Shown here: piece by piece, positions 1 to 9,013 of the stretch
How the letters are laid out: each line of letters begins with the position of its first letter
Numbering within the stretch: position 1 is the stretch's first letter
Notes under the pieces: generated by a model
Told to the model about the DNA's origin: nothing
Seen by the model: only the letters and a program-made list of their open reading frames with translations
Database searches by the model: none
IMG/VR virus record: IMGVR_UViG_3300036944_001289
Coordinates: 145,283-209,282 of that record
DNA length: 64,000 bases
Direction: 5' to 3' (one strand)
Program-made: the position numbers and the translations under genes

Positions 1-190
1 AATGATAATGATGAGTTAGCAAAAGCAATTACGGAATATAATTTTAATACTGAAGCATGTTACAATTTTGCATATGACAAATATCATATCAAGTGTGAGA
101 TACAAAAGTTATTAGATTTAAGTTTAAACATATTAAACAAATCTTGAATTTTTAAGTAAGTTATACTAAAATGTAAAAAAAATCTAAAAT

Positions 191-724
191 ATGAAAACAT
201 TAAAAACAAGAAACGATTTACTAAATTTAGTACCGAAAAACGCTACTATAGCAGAGATTGGTGTATTTAGAGGTGAGTTTGCAAAGTATATAATTCAAGT
301 AACACAACCTGAACATTTATACCTAGTCGATATATGGCAAGGTAGTTGGGGATCAGGTGATAAAGACGGTAATAACTATGTTAAAATAGAAAACATGGAA
401 GAGATTTATCTACAGCTATTTCACCAAGTAAAAAACAAACCAAATATTCATATAGTAAGATCATCCTCACATAACTTCTTAAAGAGTTGCTCTGAAAATT
501 ATTTTGATGCTGTATATGTTGATGGTGATCATACAGAGGAAGCAGTGTATCAAGATATGGTAGATTCGTTTAGAGTAGTGAAAGCAGGAGGTCTGCTAAT
601 GGGTCATGACTATCACCATCAAATTAAAATAGCAGTTGATAGATTCTGTATCAATTTTAATCAAAAAATAAAAATAGTTACAGATGATGGATGTCCTTCT
701 TTCCTAATTGAGATTATAAAATAA
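191..724 (+). CDS. Class I SAM-dependent methyltransferase (Methyltransf_24-like)
   Basis: EIGVFRG motif I; YVDGDH and GGLLMGHDY motifs. Confidence 0.85.
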   Translation: MKTLKTRNDLLNLVPKNATIAEIGVFRGEFAKYIIQVTQPEHLYLVDIWQGSWGSGDKDGNNYVKIENMEEIYLQLFHQVKNKPNIHIVRSSSHNFLKSCSENYFDAVYVDGDHTEEAVYQDMVDSFRVVKAGGLLMGHDYHHQIKIAVDRFCINFNQKIKIVTDDGCPSFLIEIIK

Positions 725-725
725 T

Positions 726-1562
726 ATGAAGATACTCATCATACAAGAATATAGCAGACACATTGAAAACGTTAAGTATAGAGAGTGTCTATGTTTTGAA
801 CGCGCATTCAAACGGCTCGGACATGAAGCGTATAGCTGGGGATTGGGACACCCTAATTTCGATAAAACTCCAGACTTTGACAGTTTCGACTTAATACTCT
901 GTTGTGAGAATTACGGAGATAATTGGATACCTAATCTATCGAAGTATAAAAAACCATATAAAATATTTTATGCAATAGACCCCCATGTTAGAGGTATTGA
1001 ACCATACGAAGCTATTGTACGTGATAAAGGTTTTGATTTTATGTTTGTAGCTGTTCATGATTTTTGTACAAAGTCTAATACAGCATGGCTACCACCTGCA
1101 ATTGATGAAGAATTATTCTATAATAAACAGATAAGACGTGATATACCTATAGGATTTGTAGGTCATGTTGCTACTGTTGAGCGTAGCCATTATTTACAGG
1201 TATTAAAATCGAGACTTAACTTATCCGTAAATCTTGAAGTTTTCGGTGACGCTATGGTTGATCTACTAAATCGATTTAAGATTTCTTTTAACAAAAATAT
1301 ATCTAATGATACTAATTATAGAAACTTTGAAAGTATAGCGTGTGGTTCTTTGCTTATTACAGATGATAATCCTGCGTTATATGATCTTGGATTTAAACAT
1401 GGTGAAAACTGTCTTATGTATAAAACAGTCGATGATATCGTATCGTTATTTCCTTTAGATGTAAACAAATACGATACGGTTACTAAAAACGGTATTGAGT
1501 TAGCTAAGAAACATACATATACAAAAAGATGTATAAGCATTTTAAATTTTTTAAATAAATGA
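726..1562 (+). CDS. Glycosyltransferase (GT-B, CgeB/Glyco_trans_1_2-like)
   Basis: GFVGH, KISFN, NYRNFESIACGSLLIT, HTY..R C-terminal motifs. Confidence 0.8.
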   Translation: MKILIIQEYSRHIENVKYRECLCFERAFKRLGHEAYSWGLGHPNFDKTPDFDSFDLILCCENYGDNWIPNLSKYKKPYKIFYAIDPHVRGIEPYEAIVRDKGFDFMFVAVHDFCTKSNTAWLPPAIDEELFYNKQIRRDIPIGFVGHVATVERSHYLQVLKSRLNLSVNLEVFGDAMVDLLNRFKISFNKNISNDTNYRNFESIACGSLLITDDNPALYDLGFKHGENCLMYKTVDDIVSLFPLDVNKYDTVTKNGIELAKKHTYTKRCISILNFLNK

Positions 1563-2530
1563 AAAAAATAGCGTTCCACACAAATGAGTTAAATTTACGC
1601 GGCACTAATGTTGCATTATACGACTACGCGCATTACAACGAACAAATACTCAATAATACCTCTTATATTATTTCAAATAAAAATGCAGACATGTCTGCGT
1701 ATAAGAAGTTTATTGAAAGATGGCCTTCTCGTGTATTTCTCTATGATAACTTTTCTGAGGTTGATGCCTTTCTAAAAAAAGAAAATATAGAGTTTATTTA
1801 TATTGTAAAAGCTGGTGGTGTAGATGGTAAGACAGTAAACAATGCAAAAAATCTTATACATGCTGTATTTCAACACTACGAACCGCACGGTGAAAAATAT
1901 GTATACATATCACAGTGGTTAGCGCAAAAAATGTGTAAAGATAGTGATAACTATATACCTTATATAGTAGACTTACCACCATCTAATGCTAATTTAAGAC
2001 AGAAATTAAATATACCTGAAACAGCTACAGTAATGGGTAGACACGGAGGTTATGATGAATTTGATTTTTATTACACAATACAAGCGGTAGTAGAGTCACT
2101 AAATAAGCGACAGGATTTGTACTATGTATTCATGAATACAAGGCCGTTTATTAATCACCCACGTGTATTTTTTATCGAAGGTACATATAATTTACAACAT
2201 AAGTCAAACTTTATATCTATGTGTGATTGTATGATCCATGGCAGACAGCAAGGAGAAACGTTTGGACTTGCAATAGGTGAATTCTTATTCTTTGATAAAC
2301 CGGTTATTCTATCAACACAAGGTATCGATGAAAATCACCGTTATATGTTAAGCGATAAAGGTTTTTGGTATGACGATTATTCTAGTTGTTTATCTATGTT
2401 ACTAGAGTTTGATAAGACTAAGCTTATACCTGGCACATACAAAGCACTAGTAAGTCAGTATACACCACAGAAAGTAATGGAACAATTCAATAGTAAATTT
2501 CTTGGGGGTTTAAAGACTGGTTTTTATTGA
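1559..2530 (+). CDS. Glycosyltransferase (GT-B/GT4-like)
   Basis: RGT..ALYDYA N-terminus; GETFGLAIGE (EX7E) motif. Confidence 0.75.
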   Translation: MKKIAFHTNELNLRGTNVALYDYAHYNEQILNNTSYIISNKNADMSAYKKFIERWPSRVFLYDNFSEVDAFLKKENIEFIYIVKAGGVDGKTVNNAKNLIHAVFQHYEPHGEKYVYISQWLAQKMCKDSDNYIPYIVDLPPSNANLRQKLNIPETATVMGRHGGYDEFDFYYTIQAVVESLNKRQDLYYVFMNTRPFINHPRVFFIEGTYNLQHKSNFISMCDCMIHGRQQGETFGLAIGEFLFFDKPVILSTQGIDENHRYMLSDKGFWYDDYSSCLSMLLEFDKTKLIPGTYKALVSQYTPQKVMEQFNSKFLGGLKTGFY

Positions 2531-2550
2531 AACTGATATTATTATAACGA

Positions 2551-3138
2551 ATGATCATTAAAAATCTCAAAAAATACGATGGTTCTTTGATTCATAAGAG
2601 ATTTGCTTATGAATACTTTAGAAAGAAAACATTACCTATCGGTAATATAGTAGCATTTCGTGGTGAAATGGATGTAACTACTAATCTTATCGATAGCGAA
2701 GATCTACTTAATAACGACTATATTCATAGTGAAGATGCAATAAACTTCTGTTGGGAGATTCCTAATCTCGACGCATTTGGTGCAGTAGCCTTTCAAAGAC
2801 TATTCAATACATATATTGCAAACATTCTATCATCAAAGTATCTCAAAAAGCCCATTGAAGTAGATGGTGATGACTTAATGGTGCATGATGAGTTTGAAGG
2901 TTCAGATGGTTCATTGCAAAAGGTTGGTAAGTGTAGTGTTAGCATTACATATTCTAAAGATGGTATTGCATTAGGGCATACTGGTATCAATATCGATGCT
3001 GGTAGAAAAGCTCCTAACTTTGCATATAGTACTAAGCTTACTGATGAACAAGCTGAACAGTTTATGAAAGACGTTATCGACGTATTTTACGCTACGACAG
3101 ACGATATTTTCATTGCCACGACGAAAGTTATCGTGTAA
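2551..3138 (+). CDS. DUF366-family protein (BPL/LplA-like fold)
   Basis: YDGS..., IVAFRG, FQRL, GDDL, KCSVSI, HTGINI pattern recalled for DUF366. Confidence 0.65.
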   Translation: MIIKNLKKYDGSLIHKRFAYEYFRKKTLPIGNIVAFRGEMDVTTNLIDSEDLLNNDYIHSEDAINFCWEIPNLDAFGAVAFQRLFNTYIANILSSKYLKKPIEVDGDDLMVHDEFEGSDGSLQKVGKCSVSITYSKDGIALGHTGINIDAGRKAPNFAYSTKLTDEQAEQFMKDVIDVFYATTDDIFIATTKVIV

Positions 3139-3181
3139 CAGTCACCCTATTAAGATTTCATCGTCGTTTGTATAAAAAAAA

Positions 3182-3538
3182 ATGACAATATTCGATCAAC
3201 TTAATAGTATTCTATTTACAAAAAAGAAAATTGAACTAAACTGTGATGATGAGTCACAGTTTAGTCCTTTTATGTTAAATAGATGGTTATCTTTTCATAG
3301 TAGTGAGATGACATTATTCATAAATGATACTGCAAACAAGTACCAGCACTTTTCTGATAAACATGAGGCTTACAATTTTTACTTCAACATATGTCCTAGA
3401 TTGAAGTTTAAGAGAATAAACTATATTAAAAAAGCTAAAAAAGAAGATACAAAAGAGGAAGAAGTAATATTACCTGACTTTTTGAGTAAAAAAGAATATA
3501 ATATGTATGTTGATCTATTAAAAGAGACTAATATATAA
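3182..3538 (+). CDS. Clamp loader small subunit (T4 gp62-like)
   Basis: F..LNSI..KK, PFMLNRWLS, YNFY motifs; size. Confidence 0.7.
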   Translation: MTIFDQLNSILFTKKKIELNCDDESQFSPFMLNRWLSFHSSEMTLFINDTANKYQHFSDKHEAYNFYFNICPRLKFKRINYIKKAKKEDTKEEEVILPDFLSKKEYNMYVDLLKETNI

Positions 3539-3543
3539 CGTAT

Positions 3544-3948
3544 ATGGCACTAAGTGTAGATATTCTAGAAACACAGAGATCTCTTATCGATCTCACATCA
3601 CATAGTGATGGTAACTTTGGTTTTGGCGAAGACTTTAAGTTGTCTTTTTTGTTTGAAGACATTGTACTCGTTGAATTTATCGATGAAGCAGATGATGGTC
3701 ATGGTGATGCAATCCTGAGAGGTGGTATCTTTGTACCGACCAATACTTTAACTAAAGCATGGAGAAAAGCTAAAGTTATTCTAGCTGGCCCTAATGCACA
3801 ATACGCTAAAGTTGGAGATATAGTTATATTTCCAAATGATAAGGGTGTATCAGTGTCTAATATTGAAATAGAAGGTCATGGTATTCTAAAGAAAGGTATG
3901 TTCCTAAACGAAAAAAGACTTTTCGGTATTTGTAAGAAGAAAGAGTAA
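3544..3948 (+). CDS. GroES-like co-chaperonin
   Basis: GGIFVP mobile loop; AKVILAGP...KVGDIVIF; FLNE. Confidence 0.75.
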   Translation: MALSVDILETQRSLIDLTSHSDGNFGFGEDFKLSFLFEDIVLVEFIDEADDGHGDAILRGGIFVPTNTLTKAWRKAKVILAGPNAQYAKVGDIVIFPNDKGVSVSNIEIEGHGILKKGMFLNEKRLFGICKKKE

Positions 3949-4328
3949 TGCCGCAAGTAACTATAGCATCATTAAAAAACCTGCTTAGGTCTAACGTTTG
4001 TGAGATAGAATTCTTACGGCGTAGACCTAAAGCGGGTCGCCCTTTGTATAGGAAAATGATGTGTACGTTATGTAATGATCTTTTAAACTCAACAAATGGT
4101 AGAATATCCTTAAACTACAGACCACCAGTTTATGGTTTACCATATAATGCAGAGTCAAAAAATCTATTACCGGTTTGGGACATCTTTATGCAAGATTGGA
4201 GAATGGTAAATATGGATGCTTGTAATCTTCTCAATACAATAAAAGCAGATGATTCATTCTGGAAACATTATAACGAAAATCTATATACTATGTCAGCGCA
4301 AGATAAAATCAATTATATGGACCTATGA
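3948..4328 (+). CDS. Conserved T4-like phage protein (SH3/Sm-like, DUF2693-like)
   Basis: VCEIEF..., RKMMCTL, VWD...WR pattern. Confidence 0.5.
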   Translation: MPQVTIASLKNLLRSNVCEIEFLRRRPKAGRPLYRKMMCTLCNDLLNSTNGRISLNYRPPVYGLPYNAESKNLLPVWDIFMQDWRMVNMDACNLLNTIKADDSFWKHYNENLYTMSAQDKINYMDL

Positions 4329-4669
4329 TAGACCCGCTAATAGAAAATAAAATCAATTCTTTTTTACAAAAAAAGATAAGCATCTTTGTAGAAGGTGCTA
4401 AGCCTATGAAAGAAGGTAAATTTTTAATATTCAGATTTAAAGAGTTTTATCTTAATTTTACTATCAAGCACAGTACAACATCTAAGATTATAGAGCTTCC
4501 ATATCCCTTTAAAATTACAGAAGAGCATAATTGTTTAAAGTTCTCATATAAAGTAGAAGAATTTGCTGCAGAGAACGAAGATTTGCAATTCAAGTTAATG
4601 CTATATAAACCAGAAAAGAAAAATAAATTATATAATTCTGTAGTGGTTTTATCTGCAATTGAAATATAA
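4325..4669 (+). CDS. Hypothetical protein
   Basis: ATGA-coupled ORF in operon. Confidence 0.6.
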   Translation: MIDPLIENKINSFLQKKISIFVEGAKPMKEGKFLIFRFKEFYLNFTIKHSTTSKIIELPYPFKITEEHNCLKFSYKVEEFAAENEDLQFKLMLYKPEKKNKLYNSVVVLSAIEI

Positions 4670-4676
4670 TTAACGG

Positions 4677-6308
4677 GTGTTAAAAAATCTAGTCTCTTTC
4701 TTTCCCGAAAATTATACACCCAGTAATCAGCAGCAAGCGCTCCTAGAAAAAATAGATAAAGCGTTTGAAGAAAATAAGTTTGTAATATGTAATGCACCTA
4801 CGGGTTCTGGTAAGAGTTTTTTATCTAAAACATTAGGTAATTACTCTACAGAATGTTCTTCCGAATTTAAACAGCTTATTACAAGTTATGATGCGTTTAA
4901 ACAGACATACGATGGTTCGTATGAATATGAACCTGACTGTATGGCAGAAGAACCTTTCGGTTCTTTTGTATTAACAATAACAAAATCTCTTCAAGATCAG
5001 TATCAAAAACTATTTCAAGAAGATGCTATTTTAAAAGGTAAAACCAATTATACATGTCAAGTAGATGATCAATTTGATGTAGACACCGCACCATGCTTAT
5101 TGACACCTAAATTAAAAGAGACATGTTGGCAAAAAAACATGTGCCCTTATTATAATGCGAGAAATGATATACTGACAAGTAGGTTCGGTATCTTAAATTA
5201 TAAGATGTTTCTTTCGTTGCCAGGTCATGTAAAAAGGAAGCAATTTATCATCTGTGATGAAGCTTCTGAATTGGAAGATACATTGGTTAGTCAATTTTCA
5301 GCTACGATTGACCCTGAAAAGCTTAGAATAGCAGGAGCTAAAGTAACACCTCTTATCAATCATACAGACTATAGTCAAGTTCAAAAATGGCTTAATAATA
5401 TATGCATTACGGTAAGTGAGGAAGCTGATCTATTACTTTCTAAACTCCTTTCAAAGAAGAACGATAAAAATGCTCAATCGGATAAAATTAAACTTAATTA
5501 TTTAAGAAGTATACACGGTAGTATTAAAATGATTTTAGACACATGGCACGAATGTGAATATGTAGTACAGAAAGAGGATAAGGTCGTTAAATTAACACCT
5601 CTAAAGGTAGATACTTTATCTAAACATATATTTGAACATGCTGATAAAGTGTTATTAATGTCTGCTACTATAATTGACCATAAGACGTTTGCTAAAACTC
5701 TAGGTATAACTGATTACAAGTATGTAGAGGTTGATAGTACTTTTGATCCTGCTAAAGCTCCAATCTTTATTAATACCAAGCTAAAGCTTAATCATGGCAA
5801 TCTAAAAGATAATCTACCTACGATTGCTAAACAAATACAAGCTATTTGCGATAAACATAAAAACGATAAAGGTATTATACATACACATTCGATGGCAATT
5901 ACTAGTTACTTGCAAGGTTCAATAAAAGGTAAGAGATTCCTTTTTAGATCTGAAGGTCAGAAGAATGAAGTGCTATTAACACAACATGCAGAATCTACAG
6001 AACCTACTGTTGTTGTAAGCCCATCAGTTGCATTTGGTGTTGACTTTAAAGATGATTTAGCTAGATTCCAGATAATAGTAAAAGCAGCATTTCCACCTTT
6101 AGGTGATGCAAGAATAAAGAAGTTATTTGAAATGGATAAACAATGGTACACTGATAAAATGCTTTGTAATTTTGTACAAGCATGTGGTAGAGGTGTTAGA
6201 AGTAAGGATGATCATTGTATAACGTATGTGTTAGATGCGTGTATATATGATGCTATTATTAAAAATAACCGTAATCTACCTAAGTACTTTCTCAATAGAT
6301 TCGTATAA
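4677..6308 (+). CDS. DinG/Rad3-like SF2 helicase
   Basis: APTGSGKS Walker A, Fe-S Cys cluster, DEAS, MSAT, QACGRGVR. Confidence 0.9.
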   Translation: MLKNLVSFFPENYTPSNQQQALLEKIDKAFEENKFVICNAPTGSGKSFLSKTLGNYSTECSSEFKQLITSYDAFKQTYDGSYEYEPDCMAEEPFGSFVLTITKSLQDQYQKLFQEDAILKGKTNYTCQVDDQFDVDTAPCLLTPKLKETCWQKNMCPYYNARNDILTSRFGILNYKMFLSLPGHVKRKQFIICDEASELEDTLVSQFSATIDPEKLRIAGAKVTPLINHTDYSQVQKWLNNICITVSEEADLLLSKLLSKKNDKNAQSDKIKLNYLRSIHGSIKMILDTWHECEYVVQKEDKVVKLTPLKVDTLSKHIFEHADKVLLMSATIIDHKTFAKTLGITDYKYVEVDSTFDPAKAPIFINTKLKLNHGNLKDNLPTIAKQIQAICDKHKNDKGIIHTHSMAITSYLQGSIKGKRFLFRSEGQKNEVLLTQHAESTEPTVVVSPSVAFGVDFKDDLARFQIIVKAAFPPLGDARIKKLFEMDKQWYTDKMLCNFVQACGRGVRSKDDHCITYVLDACIYDAIIKNNRNLPKYFLNRFV

Positions 6309-6311
6309 ATA
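6304..6311 (+). promoter_or_regulatory. T4 gp55-type late promoter TATAAATA
   Basis: Exact TATAAATA 5 nt before the GTG of the hydrolase gene. Confidence 0.7.
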
Positions 6312-6316
6312 TATTT

Positions 6317-6880
6317 GTGAAGTTCTCTACATATTACAAATTGGATGAGTCTCTCAAGACTAAACTAAAAGCATTAGGATTAGCAGGTCTAGCTGCTTTA
6401 ACACCTTACACTAAAGCTTCAGATATGAGTGTAAATTTTCAGATGCCTGCAACTATCGCACAGTCGCAACGTAATAGGACGGCTTCCAAAACTGCGACAG
6501 ATATAGATATTGTTGCTGCTACGTTATATAAGGAAGCTAGAGGTGAAGGTAAGAAAGGTATGGAGGCTGTAAATGAGGTTATACATAATAGATCTAAAAA
6601 GAAAAAAAAATCTCTATCTCAAATATGTACTGAACCTAAGCAATTCTCATGCTGGAATAATATAGCACCTACAAAAGATGTTATAGACTCTATTGCTAAA
6701 AAAGATCCAAAAAGTTTTTCAATAGCTAAGAAAATTGCATCTGATGATTTAACAAACCATACTAAAGGTGCTGAGTATTACCATACACTAGCTGTAAAGC
6801 CAACGTGGGGACCAAAACTAAAGAAAAGCGGCTACCAAACAGTAATTATAGGTAATCACATTTTTTATTATAAAAAGTAG
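6317..6880 (+). CDS. Cell-wall hydrolase SleB/Hydrolase_2
   Basis: EARGE catalytic Glu, V..VI.NR, QFSCWN, T.GA.YYH, IGNHIFY. Confidence 0.9.
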   Translation: MKFSTYYKLDESLKTKLKALGLAGLAALTPYTKASDMSVNFQMPATIAQSQRNRTASKTATDIDIVAATLYKEARGEGKKGMEAVNEVIHNRSKKKKKSLSQICTEPKQFSCWNNIAPTKDVIDSIAKKDPKSFSIAKKIASDDLTNHTKGAEYYHTLAVKPTWGPKLKKSGYQTVIIGNHIFYYKK

Positions 6881-6881
6881 A

Positions 6882-7109
6882 CTACTTTTTCTTCTTCTTT
6901 CTAGGTAATCTGAATGTTACTGTAGATATAGATGGATTTAGTCTATCACCTTTAAATCCACTGTACGCAGAGGGTGTAGACTTATTACCAATAAGAGGGT
7001 TCACAGTACCATGATTAGGCATATTAGGAACCTTTACAGGTCTTTTTGTATCTATAGGTGCTCTAAAACCACCCTCCAATAGAAATTTAACTAATTTATT
7101 GAACCCCAT
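6882..7109 (-). CDS. Small late protein with internal-protein-like leader
   Basis: TATAAATA upstream; MGFNKLVKFLLE leader. Confidence 0.55.
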   Translation of the reverse strand: MGFNKLVKFLLEGGFRAPIDTKRPVKVPNMPNHGTVNPLIGNKSTPSAYSGFKGDRLNPSISTVTFRLPRKKKKK

Positions 7110-7132
7110 ATTATTATTTATATAATAACAGA

Positions 7133-7495
7133 ATGACTAAAACTAAAACTTTAACCTGCGTAGTTACAGGAAGTACTACTGTTTACTCAGGTGAATTCCT
7201 TGCAAAGAAAATTGAAGAGTATGGTTCTGAAGAAAACTTAGAAAAACGATATATTTGTAAAGAAGTAAAAAGCTTTCTTAAAAAGAGATATAAGATTAAA
7301 GATATTAGAAAAGTATTATCTGTGGATGATAAGATACCACTACCTGATAATGAAACTCTGGTCTTTTTAGAAATGAATTTTAATAGCAGTATTAATACTG
7401 AGAACTCAGCATCTACAACAATAACAGAATTTACATACAATAAGTCAGATAAAGATGTTGAAGAATTTATCAACAAGTATATAATTCAAAAATGA
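7133..7495 (+). CDS. Hypothetical protein (paralogue of 60046..60354)
   Basis: Shared TC..(S/T)G...GS.E.L.K.Y N-terminus. Confidence 0.6.
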   Translation: MTKTKTLTCVVTGSTTVYSGEFLAKKIEEYGSEENLEKRYICKEVKSFLKKRYKIKDIRKVLSVDDKIPLPDNETLVFLEMNFNSSINTENSASTTITEFTYNKSDKDVEEFINKYIIQK

Positions 7496-8013
7496 TACCT
7501 ATATCTTTAGTAGATACACCTGTTAATGTGGAGGAATTTAAAATTTTAACACCAGCAGAAACTAAGTACGCGCTCTTTTTAGGATTTATTATTCGTAATG
7601 AATATGATAACAAAAGGCTAAAAATAGCTGAAAATTTTAAGCCGGTAAAGTTTTTACATGTAAAAAGAAAAGATAATCAAATAACAGAGTGTATACCATT
7701 GTATGGTGTATTATTAACACCTAATAGTGCTATTGTAAACTTAATGAAGACAGTGCGATCACAAGAAAAAGTAAAAGAAATGCCGCTTATAACATACAGA
7801 AACATACTTTCTCAGTATAATTTTTCATGTGATAATACATATTCATTATACAGCGATATGATATACCCAATTGATTTCACAAATTTAAAATCAGTTTGCG
7901 ATGATACATTTAACGAAGATAAAAAAGTATTTCAACACCTACTATCATTAGATGAAAAACATTTTGATTTCCAATCTTTTGCATCATTGAAATTATTAAT
8001 TCTTAACATATAA
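7492..8013 (+). CDS. Hypothetical protein
   Basis: ATGA-coupled ORF. Confidence 0.6.
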   Translation: MIPISLVDTPVNVEEFKILTPAETKYALFLGFIIRNEYDNKRLKIAENFKPVKFLHVKRKDNQITECIPLYGVLLTPNSAIVNLMKTVRSQEKVKEMPLITYRNILSQYNFSCDNTYSLYSDMIYPIDFTNLKSVCDDTFNEDKKVFQHLLSLDEKHFDFQSFASLKLLILNI

Positions 8014-8038
8014 TAGCAGATAAATAATAATCTAATTT

Positions 8039-9010
8039 ATGTTATTCGAAGAGCAAATATCACGCAAACCTAACTTGTACCCTTGGACAAAGGAATTTAT
8101 CAAAGCAATGCATAACGGTTTTTGGACAGAAGATGAATTCTCATTTAAATCTGATGTACAGCAATTTAAAGTAAATTTAACTAAACAAGAACAAGATATG
8201 ATAATCAAAGTTCTATCCGCTATAGGGCAAATAGAGGTAGAAGTAAAAACATTCTGGGGAGAGCTTGGTAAGAATCTACCACACCCATCGATTAAAGATC
8301 TTGGGTTTGTTATGGCTAACACCGAAGTTATTCATAATAACGCTTATGAAAAACTTTTAACACTTTTGGGACTAGAAGATATTTTCCAAGAAAATCTCAA
8401 GCTAGACTGGATTCAAGGTAGAGTTAAGTACCTAAAAAAGCACAATCATAGATTTTACAAAGACTCTAAAAAACAATACTTATACGCTATAATTCTATTC
8501 ACATTATATGTTGAAAACGTTTCATTATTTTCTCAGTTTTATATAGTCAACTGGTTTGCAAGATTTAAAAATCTCTTAAAAGATACTGATCAACAAGTCA
8601 AATATACACGTAACGAAGAAAATATACACGCACTAGTAGGTATTAAAATAATTAACACATTGAGAGAAGAATACCCGGAACTTTTTGATAATGAACTCGA
8701 AGAAAGAATACTAAGTGAAGCACGCGAATCTATTAAGGCTGAATCAATCATAATCGATTGGATGGTAGGTGATCTACGTGAAGAAAATGTATCACCAGAT
8801 ATTCTTAAAGAGTTTATTAAAAACAGAATGAATCAATCATTATTAAACATAGGTTTTAAGAGTATATTTGATATAGATCAAGATCTACTAAGCAAAACAA
8901 CCTGGTTTGATGAAGAGTTACTTGGTAATAATATGACCGACTTTTTTCATACTCGACCTGTCGAATACAGCAAAAAAGGGCATTCATTCTCTGAATCTGA
9001 TTTATTTTAA
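8039..9010 (+). CDS. nrdB: Ribonucleotide reductase class I beta subunit
   Basis: EVIH..AY radical Tyr; ENVSLFSQF; NEENIH; DFF...Y tail. Confidence 0.95.
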   Translation: MLFEEQISRKPNLYPWTKEFIKAMHNGFWTEDEFSFKSDVQQFKVNLTKQEQDMIIKVLSAIGQIEVEVKTFWGELGKNLPHPSIKDLGFVMANTEVIHNNAYEKLLTLLGLEDIFQENLKLDWIQGRVKYLKKHNHRFYKDSKKQYLYAIILFTLYVENVSLFSQFYIVNWFARFKNLLKDTDQQVKYTRNEENIHALVGIKIINTLREEYPELFDNELEERILSEARESIKAESIIIDWMVGDLREENVSPDILKEFIKNRMNQSLLNIGFKSIFDIDQDLLSKTTWFDEELLGNNMTDFFHTRPVEYSKKGHSFSESDLF

Positions 9011-9013
9011 TTT

